A stretch of 64,000 nt of DNA from Opitutaceae bacterium. Lineage in GTDB: Bacteria; Verrucomicrobiota; Verrucomicrobiia; Opitutales; Opitutaceae. Shown here piece by piece: positions 54,896 to 64,000 of this stretch. Below the pieces are notes generated by a model. It was not told the origin of the DNA. It ran no database searches and saw only the letters and a list, made by a program, of their open reading frames with translations. Location of the stretch: positions 10,020 through 74,019 of the forward strand of contig JAHCAZ010000016.1 of assembly GCA_019634615.1 (NCBI GenBank), read 5' to 3'. Positions within the stretch are counted from its first letter, which is position 1, and the number at the start of each line of letters is the position of its first letter. The translations under genes were made by a program, and so were the position numbers.

Positions 54896-55336
54896 ATGAT
54901 TGCTGACGGTTACATTCTTCGTCCGATGCTGCTGGCGGATTATGCCGCCGTGCGCCGGCTTTGGGAGCAGACGGAGGGGATGGGCCTCAACGAGTCCGAC
55001 ACGTCGGAGGCCATCGCGCTGTTCCTCGAGCGCAACCCGGAGCTGAGCCTCGTGATCACGACGCCCTCAGGGGCGATCGTCGGCGCGGTGCTCTGCGGGC
55101 ACGATGGGCGCCGCGGCTACCTGCACCATCTCGCCGTGGCGCGGTCCAAGCGCGGCCAGGGTCTCGGCCGGCTGCTGGTGAATGAATGCCTCCGCCGCCT
55201 GCGCGCGCTCGGCATCGCCAAGTGCAACATCTATCTCTTTGCCACCAACGAGGCCGGCCGCAGCTTCTGGCTCCACGAGGGCTGGGCCGTGCGCGACGAT
55301 CTCGTGGTCATGCAGCGCGGCGCCTGCGGGTGCTGA
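54896..55336 (+). CDS. GNAT family N-acetyltransferase
   Basis: LHHLAVARSKRGQGLGRLLVNECLRRL is the acetyl-CoA binding motif A. Confidence 0.85.
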   Translation: MIADGYILRPMLLADYAAVRRLWEQTEGMGLNESDTSEAIALFLERNPELSLVITTPSGAIVGAVLCGHDGRRGYLHHLAVARSKRGQGLGRLLVNECLRRLRALGIAKCNIYLFATNEAGRSFWLHEGWAVRDDLVVMQRGACGC

Positions 55337-55349
55337 CGCGAGCCTCCGC

Positions 55350-57086
55350 CTAACCTCCGCCGGCTGCCGCCGCGGCGGCAGCGAACAACTGCTTGCGCGT
55401 CTGCACGTCGCGTTTGCGGTCCGTGCAGACTTCGAGCACCCGCAGGCCCTGCGCCGGCAACTCCGCCACCCGCTCCGCCAACTGGGCCAAGCTGCCGATC
55501 TTGACATGCTCGACGCCATACGCGGCGCACAGGCGGGAGAAATCCACGGCCTGCGGCGTCGCGAAGAACTCCTCGAACGGCGGCTCGAACTGCGCCACCG
55601 GCAGGTGCCCGAAGATGCCGCCGCCGCGGTTGTTGATGAGCACGATGGTCAATGAACCGGCGAGTTTCGGCGCGATCAGAAAACCATTGGTGTCGTGCAG
55701 CAGCGCCAGGTCACCCGTGAGCAGCACCGCCGGCTGATTACGGTGCGCCACGCCGAGCGCGGTCGAAAGCGTGCCGTCGATGCCGTTGGCGCCGCGGTTG
55801 AAGTGGAAGACGCGTCCGCGGTTGTCGGCCGGCCAGAGATACTCGACATCGCGCACCGGCATGCTGCTCGCCACGAAGAGCGGCGTCCGGTCGGGCAGCA
55901 CCCGCGCCAAGGTCAGCGTCACGTCGCCCTCGAAGATCTCCGGCGCGCCAGCGCGGTCGGCCCGGAGCACGGCGGCGGCGGCCTGATCGGCCCGATGCCA
56001 GAGCTCGCGGTAACCCGTGTCGCCCGATCCGCTTCCCTCCAAGGCCAGGGTCTCCAGCGCGACCGGCAGGTGCCGCGTGCGGCCGTGCAGCGCGTCGCGG
56101 TTGCCGCTGCGCGGACTGACCAGGACGACGTCCGCCTCGACGGATTCCAGCCATTGGCGCACCACCTTGCTCGTCGGCCAATTGCCCAAGACGAGGACCG
56201 CTCGCGGCGCGAGTTCGCGTGCAAGCGCCCGGTTGCGGAGCAAGGCGTCGTAGGCCGTGATGACGACGGCGCCCTTCGGCTGATGATGCCGCAGGACCGA
56301 AAGCGCATCGGCCAGCACCGGCCACCCGGTGCGGGCCGCGATCTGGCCCACCTTGGCGGCGTAAGCCGCGGGATCGGTGCACGTGTCGTCGCCCGCGATG
56401 ATGAGGCCTCGCGCGGTCACCGGGGGCACCCAGGCGAAATGCGCCCCGGACACGGGCGCAACCGGCCCGAGATGCGCGAAGAATGTCTCATCGAGCGCGG
56501 CGGCCAGGGGCTTGGCGGACTCATTCTCCACCGGCGCGAGCGGATCGCGAAACGGCGCATTTAGGTGCACCGGGCCCGGCTCCGGCCGCAGCGTCTGCGC
56601 GCAGGCCTGGGCGATCGTCTGCCGCAGATAGGCCAGCAGCCGGAGATTCGGCTCCGGCACGGCCAGCTCATGGAAGAAACTCACGTAGCCGCCATAGAGC
56701 TTCTGCTGGTCGATCGCCTGACCGGCGGCGCAGGCGCGCAGCTCGGGCGGACGGTCGGCGGTGATCACCAGGAGCGGCACGCCGCTCTCGTGCGCCTCGA
56801 TCACGGCGGGCAGGTAATTGGCGGCGGCCGTGCCCGAGGTGCAGACCAGCGCGACCGGCCGGCGACTTTGCCGGGCGAGGCCAAGCGCGAAAAATCCGGC
56901 CGAGCGCTCGTCCAGCACGGGAATCGCCTCGAGCTCCGGGTGCCGCGCAAAGGCGATGGTCAGCGGCGTCGACCGCGAACCGGGCGACACCACCGCCTGC
57001 CGCACGCCGCAGCGCACGAGCGTCTCGGCCACGACGCTGCCCCAGAGCGTGTTGGTGTTGCGGAAATCCAGGGTCGGCTGGCTCAT
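55350..57086 (-). CDS. menD: 2-succinyl-5-enolpyruvyl-6-hydroxy-3-cyclohexene-1-carboxylate synthase
   Basis: It has ThDP-enzyme layout. NTLWGSVVAETLVRCGVRQAVVSPGSRSTPL and VITADRPPELR are typical of MenD. Confidence 0.9.
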   Translation of the reverse strand: MSQPTLDFRNTNTLWGSVVAETLVRCGVRQAVVSPGSRSTPLTIAFARHPELEAIPVLDERSAGFFALGLARQSRRPVALVCTSGTAAANYLPAVIEAHESGVPLLVITADRPPELRACAAGQAIDQQKLYGGYVSFFHELAVPEPNLRLLAYLRQTIAQACAQTLRPEPGPVHLNAPFRDPLAPVENESAKPLAAALDETFFAHLGPVAPVSGAHFAWVPPVTARGLIIAGDDTCTDPAAYAAKVGQIAARTGWPVLADALSVLRHHQPKGAVVITAYDALLRNRALARELAPRAVLVLGNWPTSKVVRQWLESVEADVVLVSPRSGNRDALHGRTRHLPVALETLALEGSGSGDTGYRELWHRADQAAAAVLRADRAGAPEIFEGDVTLTLARVLPDRTPLFVASSMPVRDVEYLWPADNRGRVFHFNRGANGIDGTLSTALGVAHRNQPAVLLTGDLALLHDTNGFLIAPKLAGSLTIVLINNRGGGIFGHLPVAQFEPPFEEFFATPQAVDFSRLCAAYGVEHVKIGSLAQLAERVAELPAQGLRVLEVCTDRKRDVQTRKQLFAAAAAAAGGG

Positions 57087-58504
57087 GGGGTCAGGAGGGC
57101 GTCCAACATGGCCTTAAACTTCAGCTCGGTTTCCGCAAACTCCTTCTCGGGCGCCGAGCCGGCGACGATCCCGGCACCGGCATAGACCCGGGCGCGGGTT
57201 CCCTCGACGAGGGCGGAGCGCAGGCCGACGAAGAACTCACCACCGTCGCGCGCATTCAGCCAGCCGATGGCGCCGGCATACAGCCCGCGCGGGAAACCCT
57301 CGAGCTCGCGGATCCGCGCCACCGCCGCCTCGCGCGGCGTGCCGCCGACGGCCGGCGTCGGGTGCAGCGCCGCCACGGCGTCGAGCAGCCGCACCCCACC
57401 CCGCAGTTCCGCGCGGATGGGCGTGTGCAGGTGCTGCACGTTCGCGAGCCGGCGCAAGGTCGGTGTCGACGGGTGCTCGGGCGCGAGGCCCAGCCCCGTC
57501 AGCCGACGCGCGATCGCATCCACGACCAGCTGCTGCTCGCGCAGGTCCTTCTCGCTGTGCAGGAGTGCGGCCGCCAGCGCGGCGTCCTCGCTCGCGCCGG
57601 CGCCGCGGCGGATCGAGCCCGCTAGGGCCTCGGTCTCGAGCAGTCCCTTGCTGACGCGAACAAGGCGCTCGGGGCTTGCGCCGATGAAGCTCTGACCCCG
57701 GCCATTGGCCATCGAGAACGCGTAGCAATCGGGGAAGCGCTCGCGCAGGCCGTTCAGCATGCGCAGCGGGTGGAGCGCGGCACCGGCAGTGACGTCGAGG
57801 GCGCGAGCGAGGACGATCTTCTTGAACTCGCCGTCGCCGATGCGACGGATCGCCAGGGCCACCGCGCTGCGATAATCGCCCGACTCCCGGACCTCGCGGC
57901 GCGGCACGGCCGGCGTGGAGGCGACGCCCGTCGGCTCGCGATAGGTGAACCCGCGGAATTTGCCGTGGGCGCGCCACACGCGCTCGGCCAGCGCCGTCAG
58001 TTCGCCGCTGGGCGCCACCATGAGGTTTGCCACCGCCGTGGTCACCGCGCCGGCGCGGGCCACCTGCCAGCGCGGCACGAACACCTGCGCCGCCGGGAAC
58101 GGTTCTCCCGCCTCGACGTGATCGTGGAAGGCGAATCCCGTGAAGAAATGCGGCCCGCCGAAGGGGGCATTGACGTCGCCCACGGCAATGGTGTTGGCAA
58201 GGATCTCATCCACCCAGCGTTGCACGGCGGTGAAGCGATCCGGGCCCTCAGCCGCAAACGCGGCGGCGGTTTCGGCGCCGGCCAGCGCGCTCCCGATGTC
58301 GGGTCGCTCCGCGTAGAAGTGCGGCTCGTGGGACTCGAAGATCGACTCGAGGACCGCCAGCGGATCGAGCGCCTCGACCTGCAGCGAGATGCTCACGAGC
58401 TGCGGGCGCCCGCGCGCGACCGCCGCCGCGCGACACTGCGTCAGGAAGGCGTGCAGCGCCTCCGGGGTCGCGTTCGCGGCGGGGTCGAGCGGGAGGACGG
58501 TCAT
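57083..58504 (-). CDS. menF: isochorismate synthase
   Basis: The chorismate-binding C-terminus is LHPTPAVGGTPREAA..GFPRGLYAGAIGW..RSALV..AGAGIVAGSAPEKEFAETELK. I trimmed it from the fused ORF 57083..59419 to ATG 58504. Its stop overlaps the menD start. Confidence 0.85.
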   Translation of the reverse strand: MTVLPLDPAANATPEALHAFLTQCRAAAVARGRPQLVSISLQVEALDPLAVLESIFESHEPHFYAERPDIGSALAGAETAAAFAAEGPDRFTAVQRWVDEILANTIAVGDVNAPFGGPHFFTGFAFHDHVEAGEPFPAAQVFVPRWQVARAGAVTTAVANLMVAPSGELTALAERVWRAHGKFRGFTYREPTGVASTPAVPRREVRESGDYRSAVALAIRRIGDGEFKKIVLARALDVTAGAALHPLRMLNGLRERFPDCYAFSMANGRGQSFIGASPERLVRVSKGLLETEALAGSIRRGAGASEDAALAAALLHSEKDLREQQLVVDAIARRLTGLGLAPEHPSTPTLRRLANVQHLHTPIRAELRGGVRLLDAVAALHPTPAVGGTPREAAVARIRELEGFPRGLYAGAIGWLNARDGGEFFVGLRSALVEGTRARVYAGAGIVAGSAPEKEFAETELKFKAMLDALLTP

Positions 58505-58518
58505 GGCCGCGCCCCTCG

Positions 58519-60051
58519 TCACGCCTTGGCCGGCGGCGTCGGACGCGGGAACAGCACGAGGGCCTCGGCCACCTTGTTGCCCGTGAGGCGGTCGCCCCAA
58601 TGCAGCTCCGCCTGCCAATCGGCGCCGGGCTGGTGGCCGATGACGGCGTTGATGCGATCGTGGGCCGTGGGCATCACGGCGCGCAGCAGCGCGTTGGCGA
58701 GGCGCAGGGCCTCGGCCATCGTGGCGAGCGACGTGCGCAGCAGGGCCTGGTCCTTGGCTTCCGCCGACTTGCCGAGCTTCCACGGCGCGCGTTTCTCGAT
58801 GTAGGCGTTCGTGGCCGTGACAAACTGGAACGTGCGCTCGAGCGCGGCATGGAACTGGAAGCCCGCCCACAGCGGGAGGACCTCGTCGCGGGTCGCGGCC
58901 CACAGGGCGTGGAGCTCCCGCTCGGGATCCTCGGTCACCTCCGCCGCCGGGAGCACGCCAGCCGCGAAACGGTTGGTCATGTTGAGGGTGCGGTTGACGA
59001 GGTTGCCGAGGTTGTTGGCGAGCTCGCTGTTGTAGCGCACGAGGAACTGCTCGCGCGTGAACTCGCTGTCCTGGCCGACATTCATCTCGCGGATCAGGAA
59101 GTAGCGGAAGGCATCGGCGCCGAACTCGGTCACGAGGTCGAGCGGGTTGAGGGCGTTGCCCGTGCTCTTCGACATCTTGGCGCCGCTCTGCAGCCACCAG
59201 CCGTGGGCGATGATGCCACCGGGCAGCGGCAGGCCGGCGGCGTGCAGCATGATGGGCCAGTAGACGGCGTGCGGCGGGACGAGGATGTCCTTGCCGATCA
59301 CGTGCCAGTTGGCGGGCCAGACGCCGGGCCGGTCGGCCACGGCCGAGTAGTAGTTCAACAGGGCGTCGAACCACACGTAGGTGACGTAGTCGGGCGCGAA
59401 GGGCAGCGGGATGCCCCACTCCAGCCGCTCGCGCGGACGCGAGATGCAGAGGTCGTTGAGCGGCTCCTTGAGGAACTCGAGGACCTGCTTCTGGCGGAAC
59501 GACGGAAAGATGAAGTGCGGGTGCGCGGTCAGGTGCCCGATGAGCCAGTCCTGGTACTGCTTCAGCTTGAAGAAGTAGTTGCGCTCCGTGATCTCGGTGA
59601 CCTCGCCGAAGATCTCGGGCCAGGTGCCGTCCGGGTTGCGGTCCTTCTCCTGGAGGAACTGCTCCTGGCGCGTGGAGTAGAACCCCTTGTACTCGGCGAG
59701 GTAGATCTGCCCCTGGTCGAAGAGGCGCTGGAGGATCTCGCCGACGACCCGCTTGTGCCGCGGCTCGGTGGTGCGGATGAAATCGTCGTTCGAGATGTTG
59801 AGCTTGGGCAGGAGCGCGCGGAACTCGGCGCTCACCTCGTCGGCGAACTGCTGCGGCGAGACCCCGCGCTTGCGGGCGCTCTGCTGGACCTTCTGGCCAT
59901 GCTCATCCACGCCCGTCAGGAAATGCACGCGGTCGCCCATCATCCGGCGATAACGGGCTATGACGTCCGTCAGCACCTTTTCATAGGCATGGCCCAGGTG
60001 CGGCGAACCGTTCACGTAGTCGATCGCGGTGGTGATGTAGAACGAATTCAT
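58519..60051 (-). CDS. metG: methionine--tRNA ligase (short form)
   Basis: FYITTAIDYVNGSPHLGHAYE (HIGH region) and KMSKSTGN (KMSKS) are present. I set the start at ATG 60051. Confidence 0.9.
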   Translation of the reverse strand: MNSFYITTAIDYVNGSPHLGHAYEKVLTDVIARYRRMMGDRVHFLTGVDEHGQKVQQSARKRGVSPQQFADEVSAEFRALLPKLNISNDDFIRTTEPRHKRVVGEILQRLFDQGQIYLAEYKGFYSTRQEQFLQEKDRNPDGTWPEIFGEVTEITERNYFFKLKQYQDWLIGHLTAHPHFIFPSFRQKQVLEFLKEPLNDLCISRPRERLEWGIPLPFAPDYVTYVWFDALLNYYSAVADRPGVWPANWHVIGKDILVPPHAVYWPIMLHAAGLPLPGGIIAHGWWLQSGAKMSKSTGNALNPLDLVTEFGADAFRYFLIREMNVGQDSEFTREQFLVRYNSELANNLGNLVNRTLNMTNRFAAGVLPAAEVTEDPERELHALWAATRDEVLPLWAGFQFHAALERTFQFVTATNAYIEKRAPWKLGKSAEAKDQALLRTSLATMAEALRLANALLRAVMPTAHDRINAVIGHQPGADWQAELHWGDRLTGNKVAEALVLFPRPTPPAKA

Positions 60052-60172
60052 GGGTTGAGCGGGACAAGGAAACGCGACCTCCGCCAAATGTCGAAAGTTT
60101 TGCTAAACCCGCCGGCCCCCGGGAAACGGTTTGCGTCCCCGTCGCGACCAACGCAGGTTGGCGCGACCGCGC

Positions 60173-61423
60173 ATGCCCAGCCTCGCCCGCCTGCTTGTCC
60201 TGTCCGCCGTGCTCCTCGGCCTGTTCCTGGCCGCCGTGCTGGCCGCGCAGGGCTGGCTGCGACGCCAGGACGAGCGGCTGCGCGCCGAGGCCGTCGCGAC
60301 CCGCCGCGCCCAACTGCAGGCGGCGGCCGCCCTGCTGCCCCCGGCTCCCGCGGCCTGGACCGAGCGCCAGCGGGCGCAGCTGGCGGACATGATCGAGGCG
60401 GCGGTGACCGTCCTCGCGCCGGGTGCGCCGGCGCCCGCGGTACCCGCGGGCCAGCTCGGCTTCGTCGCCGAGCTGGGCGGGTCCAGCGTCACCGCGCCCG
60501 ACCGCGTGGCCGTCTCCTTCGCCCTGCCGCCGCTCCTGCGCCTGCCGCTCATCCACCACCGCACGTGGGCCTTCCTCCTCGTGCTGGCCCTGGCCATCAT
60601 GCTGCTCTTCGTCGCCCTCGCGACATTGGGGCCGCGCCAGGTCGGCGCGGCCGGCGACAGCCGCACCCCCTGGCGCGCGTCGAAGCGCGAGATGGGCAGC
60701 CTCGAGCAGCTGGCCAAGGTCTCCGCCGCCCAGAGCACGGCCCTCGCCGCGGCGCGCGACGTGCAGCAGCGCACCGAGCAGGACCTGCTGTTGAACCAGC
60801 GCCTGCTCAACCAGTCGCTCGAGCAGAAGATCCGGCTCGGCCGCGATCTCCACGACGGCCTGATCCAGTCGTTGTACGCCGCGGGGCTCACCCTCGAGTC
60901 GATCCGGCCGCTGATCGCGGAGCAGCCCGCCGAGGCTGATCGCCGCCTCGAGCAATGCCTCGGCCAGTTGAACAATGCCATCCGCGACGTCCGCGACTAT
61001 ATCACCGGGCTGGCGCCGAACGAGCTGCGCCGCCTGAGCTTCGGCGCGGCCATCGAGCTCTTCATCCGCGAGCTGCGCGCCGGCCGCGAGGTCGAGTTTC
61101 GCCCGACGATCGATGAGGACGCGGCCGCCGCCCTGCCCCCCGACCGCACGCTCGAGGTGCTGCAGATCGCGCGCGAGGCCATCAGCAACAGCCTGCGGCA
61201 CGGCGGCGCGACCCGGCTCAGCGTCCGGCTGCACCGCAGCGGCGACGAGGTCGGCCTGCTGGTGCAGGACAATGGGGCCGGCTTCGAACCGGCCAGCCGC
61301 GCCGGCGCCGGCCACGGCCTCGGCAACATGCAGGCGCGCGCGGCGCACCTCGGCGCCGTTTTGCGGATCGACAGCCGCCCCGGCGATGGCACACGTGTCG
61401 TCCTGACGATTCCCGTCACCTGA
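60173..61423 (+). CDS. sensor histidine kinase (HisKA_3/NarX-type)
   Basis: It has two TM segments flanking a periplasmic region, the H-box LGRDLHDGLIQSLYA, and the HATPase motifs EAISNSLRHG, VQDNGAGF and GHGLGNM. Confidence 0.8.
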   Translation: MPSLARLLVLSAVLLGLFLAAVLAAQGWLRRQDERLRAEAVATRRAQLQAAAALLPPAPAAWTERQRAQLADMIEAAVTVLAPGAPAPAVPAGQLGFVAELGGSSVTAPDRVAVSFALPPLLRLPLIHHRTWAFLLVLALAIMLLFVALATLGPRQVGAAGDSRTPWRASKREMGSLEQLAKVSAAQSTALAAARDVQQRTEQDLLLNQRLLNQSLEQKIRLGRDLHDGLIQSLYAAGLTLESIRPLIAEQPAEADRRLEQCLGQLNNAIRDVRDYITGLAPNELRRLSFGAAIELFIRELRAGREVEFRPTIDEDAAAALPPDRTLEVLQIAREAISNSLRHGGATRLSVRLHRSGDEVGLLVQDNGAGFEPASRAGAGHGLGNMQARAAHLGAVLRIDSRPGDGTRVVLTIPVT

Positions 61424-61427
61424 CCCG

Positions 61428-62090
61428 ATGGCCGCCACGAGTTCCCCTCCCATCCGCATCCTGCTCGTCGACGACAGCGAGCTCGTCCGCGCGGGCCTCC
61501 GCGCCCTCCTCAGCGGCGATGCGCGCCTGGCGCTGGTCGGCGAGGCCGGCAGCGTCGCCGAGGCGATCGAGGCGAGCGGCCGCCTCGCCCCGGATGTCAT
61601 CCTGCTCGATATCCGCCTGCCAGATGGCACCGGCTTCGATGCCTGCCGGCGGATCCTCCAGCGCCAGCCGGACGTGCGGGTCCTGGTGCTGACCTCGGTG
61701 GTCGACGAGAGCATGGTCGACGAGGCCATCCGCGCCGGCACCCACGGTTACCTGCTCAAGGAGATCAACGCCCGCGGGCTCGTGCAGGCGATCCTCGACG
61801 TGGCGGACGGCAAATCGATCCTCGACCCGGCCATCACCGCCCGCGTCCTCCAGCTGGTGCGCAGCGGTTCCGGGTCGGCCGGCGCCAACCTCGCGACCCT
61901 CTCGACGCAGGAACGGCGCGTCCTCGCGTGCATCGCCGCCGGGAAGACCAACAAGGAGGCCGGCGCGGAGCTCGGGCTCAGCGAGAAGACCGTCAAGAAT
62001 TACCTGGGCAACATCTTTGAGAAGCTGCACGTGACGCGCCGGGCGCAAGCCGCCGCGCTGTTCGCGCAGGAAAAGCGCATCCCCGGTTAA
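61428..62090 (+). CDS. NarL/LuxR-family response regulator
   Basis: The receiver domain has ILLVDDSELVR..DVILLDIRLPDG. The C-terminal HTH is LSTQERRVLACIAAGKTNKEAGAELGLSEKTVKNY. Confidence 0.9.
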   Translation: MAATSSPPIRILLVDDSELVRAGLRALLSGDARLALVGEAGSVAEAIEASGRLAPDVILLDIRLPDGTGFDACRRILQRQPDVRVLVLTSVVDESMVDEAIRAGTHGYLLKEINARGLVQAILDVADGKSILDPAITARVLQLVRSGSGSAGANLATLSTQERRVLACIAAGKTNKEAGAELGLSEKTVKNYLGNIFEKLHVTRRAQAAALFAQEKRIPG

Positions 62091-62211
62091 GGCAGATCCC
62101 GGCTGCAACGTTTTTTCCGGCGCTAGAGTCTTTCGGCCCTACGGATTTCAGGGTCCTTTGTCAGACCGTAAGCCTCTTATGGCCTACCGCGTCAGGTGAT
62201 AGCATCCTGGC

Positions 62212-62847
62212 GTGCGCAAAACTGCTGCAAACCCAACCACCCGGGGCATGACCCTGGTCGAGGTGATGGTCGCCCTGTTCCTGATGGCGACCGTCATGGT
62301 CGGCTTCCTCGGGGCCAACATCCAGTCCCGCCGGATCACCGAGTCGAGCGTGCTGCACGCCGCCGCGACGAGCATGATCTACGGCATCATCGAGCAGATC
62401 AAACAGCTCGACTACGTCACGCTGCTGCCGAACTACGAGACCGATCCGTTCGCGCCCACCGCGAAGACCCCGCCCTACATCCGCGTCCGCCTGAACCAGT
62501 CGCAGGTCGTTTGGCTACAGGTGGTCCACACCCTCCCCTCGACCGAGGATGCGCCCACGACCCCGCAGGGGCCGACCACCACGCCGGCGCCGACCGCGAC
62601 CGCCGCCAGCGTCGGCGCGATCTCCAACTTCCTCGGCGCCATCCCGCTCTCGACCGTCACCGGCACGACGTCGCAGCAGATCAATTTGGATATCTGGGTG
62701 TGGATCGACGAGATCCCCGACGCCGGCCACGACGTGTCCGAGGTGAAGAAGGTCACCGTCGTCTACACCTACAGTTACCTCGACGGCTCGGTGGAACGCA
62801 TCGTGCGCGACCGCGAGGTCTTCCTCCGCACCCGCTTCGACCAATGA
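62212..62847 (+). CDS. prepilin-type N-terminal cleavage/methylation domain protein (PilV-like minor pilin)
   Basis: The leader is MRKTAANPTTRG, followed by MTLVEVMVALFLMATVMVGF. It uses a GTG start. Confidence 0.7.
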   Translation: MRKTAANPTTRGMTLVEVMVALFLMATVMVGFLGANIQSRRITESSVLHAAATSMIYGIIEQIKQLDYVTLLPNYETDPFAPTAKTPPYIRVRLNQSQVVWLQVVHTLPSTEDAPTTPQGPTTTPAPTATAASVGAISNFLGAIPLSTVTGTTSQQINLDIWVWIDEIPDAGHDVSEVKKVTVVYTYSYLDGSVERIVRDREVFLRTRFDQ

Positions 62848-63623
62848 AAAACCGCCGCCCCGCCGCCTTCACCCTCGTCGAGGTCATGGTGAGCATGACC
62901 GTCGGTGCCATCGTCATGGGCATGTGCCTCAGCACGTTCCTCATGGGCATGCGCACCCTCTACAAGGACAACCAGCGCCTCGCCACCAACGCCAGCCTCC
63001 GGAGCTTCATGGCGCAGATCTCCAAGGAGACCCTCGACGCCTCCTACTTCTACGTCTTCCCGTATTACACGTCGCTCACGAGCAGCATCGATCTCGCGAC
63101 CGCGCCCGCCAGCATGGCGCAGATCGAGGATGCGGCCGACAACGACTACGACAAGTGGGTCGCGCAGGGCGACTGCCTTGTGCTCGTGACCCGGACCTCC
63201 CAGTACCGCACGACCGACATCCGCCAGATCCGCATCTACTATCGGACGACCACGAGCCAGGGCAGCCGCAACCAGGAGGCGCCGCTCCGGTATTACGAGA
63301 CTGCCGACTGGGGCGAAGGCACGGCCAGCACGTCCAATGGGCACACCGACCTCGCCACCGAGCTGGGCGCGATCAACCTCAACGCCAACCCGCTCCGCTC
63401 GGGTTCGCGCCTCATCCACCCGCGCACCGTCGGCCGCAAGGTCCCGGCCCCCTACACGGGGTACACCGCCGGCGACCGCTACCCGATCTTTTGCACGGAG
63501 TCACCCGACTCCACGCCGACCAACGGCTTCATCGCGCTCAACCTCGAGTTCATCAACGGCTCGACCACCAACAACCTGCTCTCCAGCAGCAGCTTCAACT
63601 ACACGATTTCTCCCCGAAGGTAA
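62844..63623 (+). CDS. prepilin-type N-terminal domain protein (PilW-like minor pilin)
   Basis: MKNRRPAAFTLVEVMVSMTVGAIVMGM is present. Its ATG overlaps the upstream stop (ATGA). I trimmed it from ORF 62196. Confidence 0.7.
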   Translation: MKNRRPAAFTLVEVMVSMTVGAIVMGMCLSTFLMGMRTLYKDNQRLATNASLRSFMAQISKETLDASYFYVFPYYTSLTSSIDLATAPASMAQIEDAADNDYDKWVAQGDCLVLVTRTSQYRTTDIRQIRIYYRTTTSQGSRNQEAPLRYYETADWGEGTASTSNGHTDLATELGAINLNANPLRSGSRLIHPRTVGRKVPAPYTGYTAGDRYPIFCTESPDSTPTNGFIALNLEFINGSTTNNLLSSSSFNYTISPRR

Positions 63624-63627
63624 TCCC

Positions 63628-64000
63628 ATGCACTCGATCTATCGCCTCCCCCGTTCCGAACGCGGATCCGCCCTCCTGACCGTCGTGCTGCTCACGGCGG
63701 TGATGGCCATCCTCACCGCGAGCATGCTCTCGTACACGCTCACCGAGCGCCGCGGCAACGAGCGCAACCGCCTGATCCTGCGGGCCAAGAACACCGCGGA
63801 GAACATCTCGCTCTACGCCGCGGAGCAGATCAGCGCCAAGCTCTACCGCACGCGCAGCAGTTCGCCGATGGCGTTCATGACCGGGTCCAATCAGGTTCAC
63901 CTGCCCCCGGCCAGCGTGCTCGATTCCGCCTTCACCTCCGCCACCAACGGCATGGAGGTCCGCGCGGGCCTCGTCTCCGCTACCGGCCTCACGTTCATCA
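63628..64000 (+). CDS. PilX/GspK-like pseudopilin, N-terminal fragment running off the window
   Basis: Translation from ATG 63628 gives MHSIYRLPRSERGSALLTVVLLTAVMAILTASMLSY. This is a hydrophobic N-terminus without a cleavage Gly-Phe, as in PilX-type proteins. It is not in the ORF track because the frame is open at the edge. Confidence 0.55.
   Translation, partial: MHSIYRLPRSERGSALLTVVLLTAVMAILTASMLSYTLTERRGNERNRLILRAKNTAENISLYAAEQISAKLYRTRSSSPMAFMTGSNQVHLPPASVLDSAFTSATNGMEVRAGLVSATGLTFI

Noticed and set aside
52918-55336. The kup-GNAT pair as a genomic island or mobile insertion.
   Set aside because: There is no integrase, transposase, tRNA target, direct repeats or compositional shift apart from hairpin H6. 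I report it only as a synteny break, not as a mobile element.
62195-62215. A sigma-54-like promoter (TGGC..TGC) in front of the first pseudopilin gene.
   Set aside because: The spacing between the GG and GC elements does not match GG-N10-GC. The TGGC overlaps the GTG start codon region.

Overview
This is a high-GC, densely coding bacterial chromosomal segment. I support about 58 protein genes. I found no rRNA, tRNA, CRISPR array, transposase or integrase. The gene content (a PEP-CTERM protein, prepilin-type pseudopilins, Tat and ECF modules, DUF1302/DUF1329) suggests a Verrucomicrobiota/Opitutales-like organism; this is inference only. Recognisable housekeeping genes are purH (partial), apaG, dinB, uvrA, rplU-rpmA, pheA, scpB, ilvD, pgi, rsmI, rluD, lpxK, topB, fba, menB, menD, menF, metG and kup. 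Five observations stand out. (1) An orphan MamK/MreB-like actin gene lies behind two small unannotated ORFs (26406-28465). (2) A tightly packed five-gene envelope operon has no known substrate: DUF1302 barrel, DUF1329, BNR propeller, MMPL-type RND pump, and a GT-C/TPR protein (9335-17890). (3) Six long, imperfect, low-GC hairpins with repeat-built arms each sit just downstream of a stop codon, and they fall into two homologous pairs. (4) A GC-rich palindromic REP-like family is present, and one perfect copy supplies the TAG stops of both convergent neighbours. (5) An ECF sigma/anti-sigma module encloses unknown secreted proteins. Many long ORFs in the supplied track are antisense shadows typical of high-GC DNA, or read-through extensions of real genes. 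I trimmed or rejected these.
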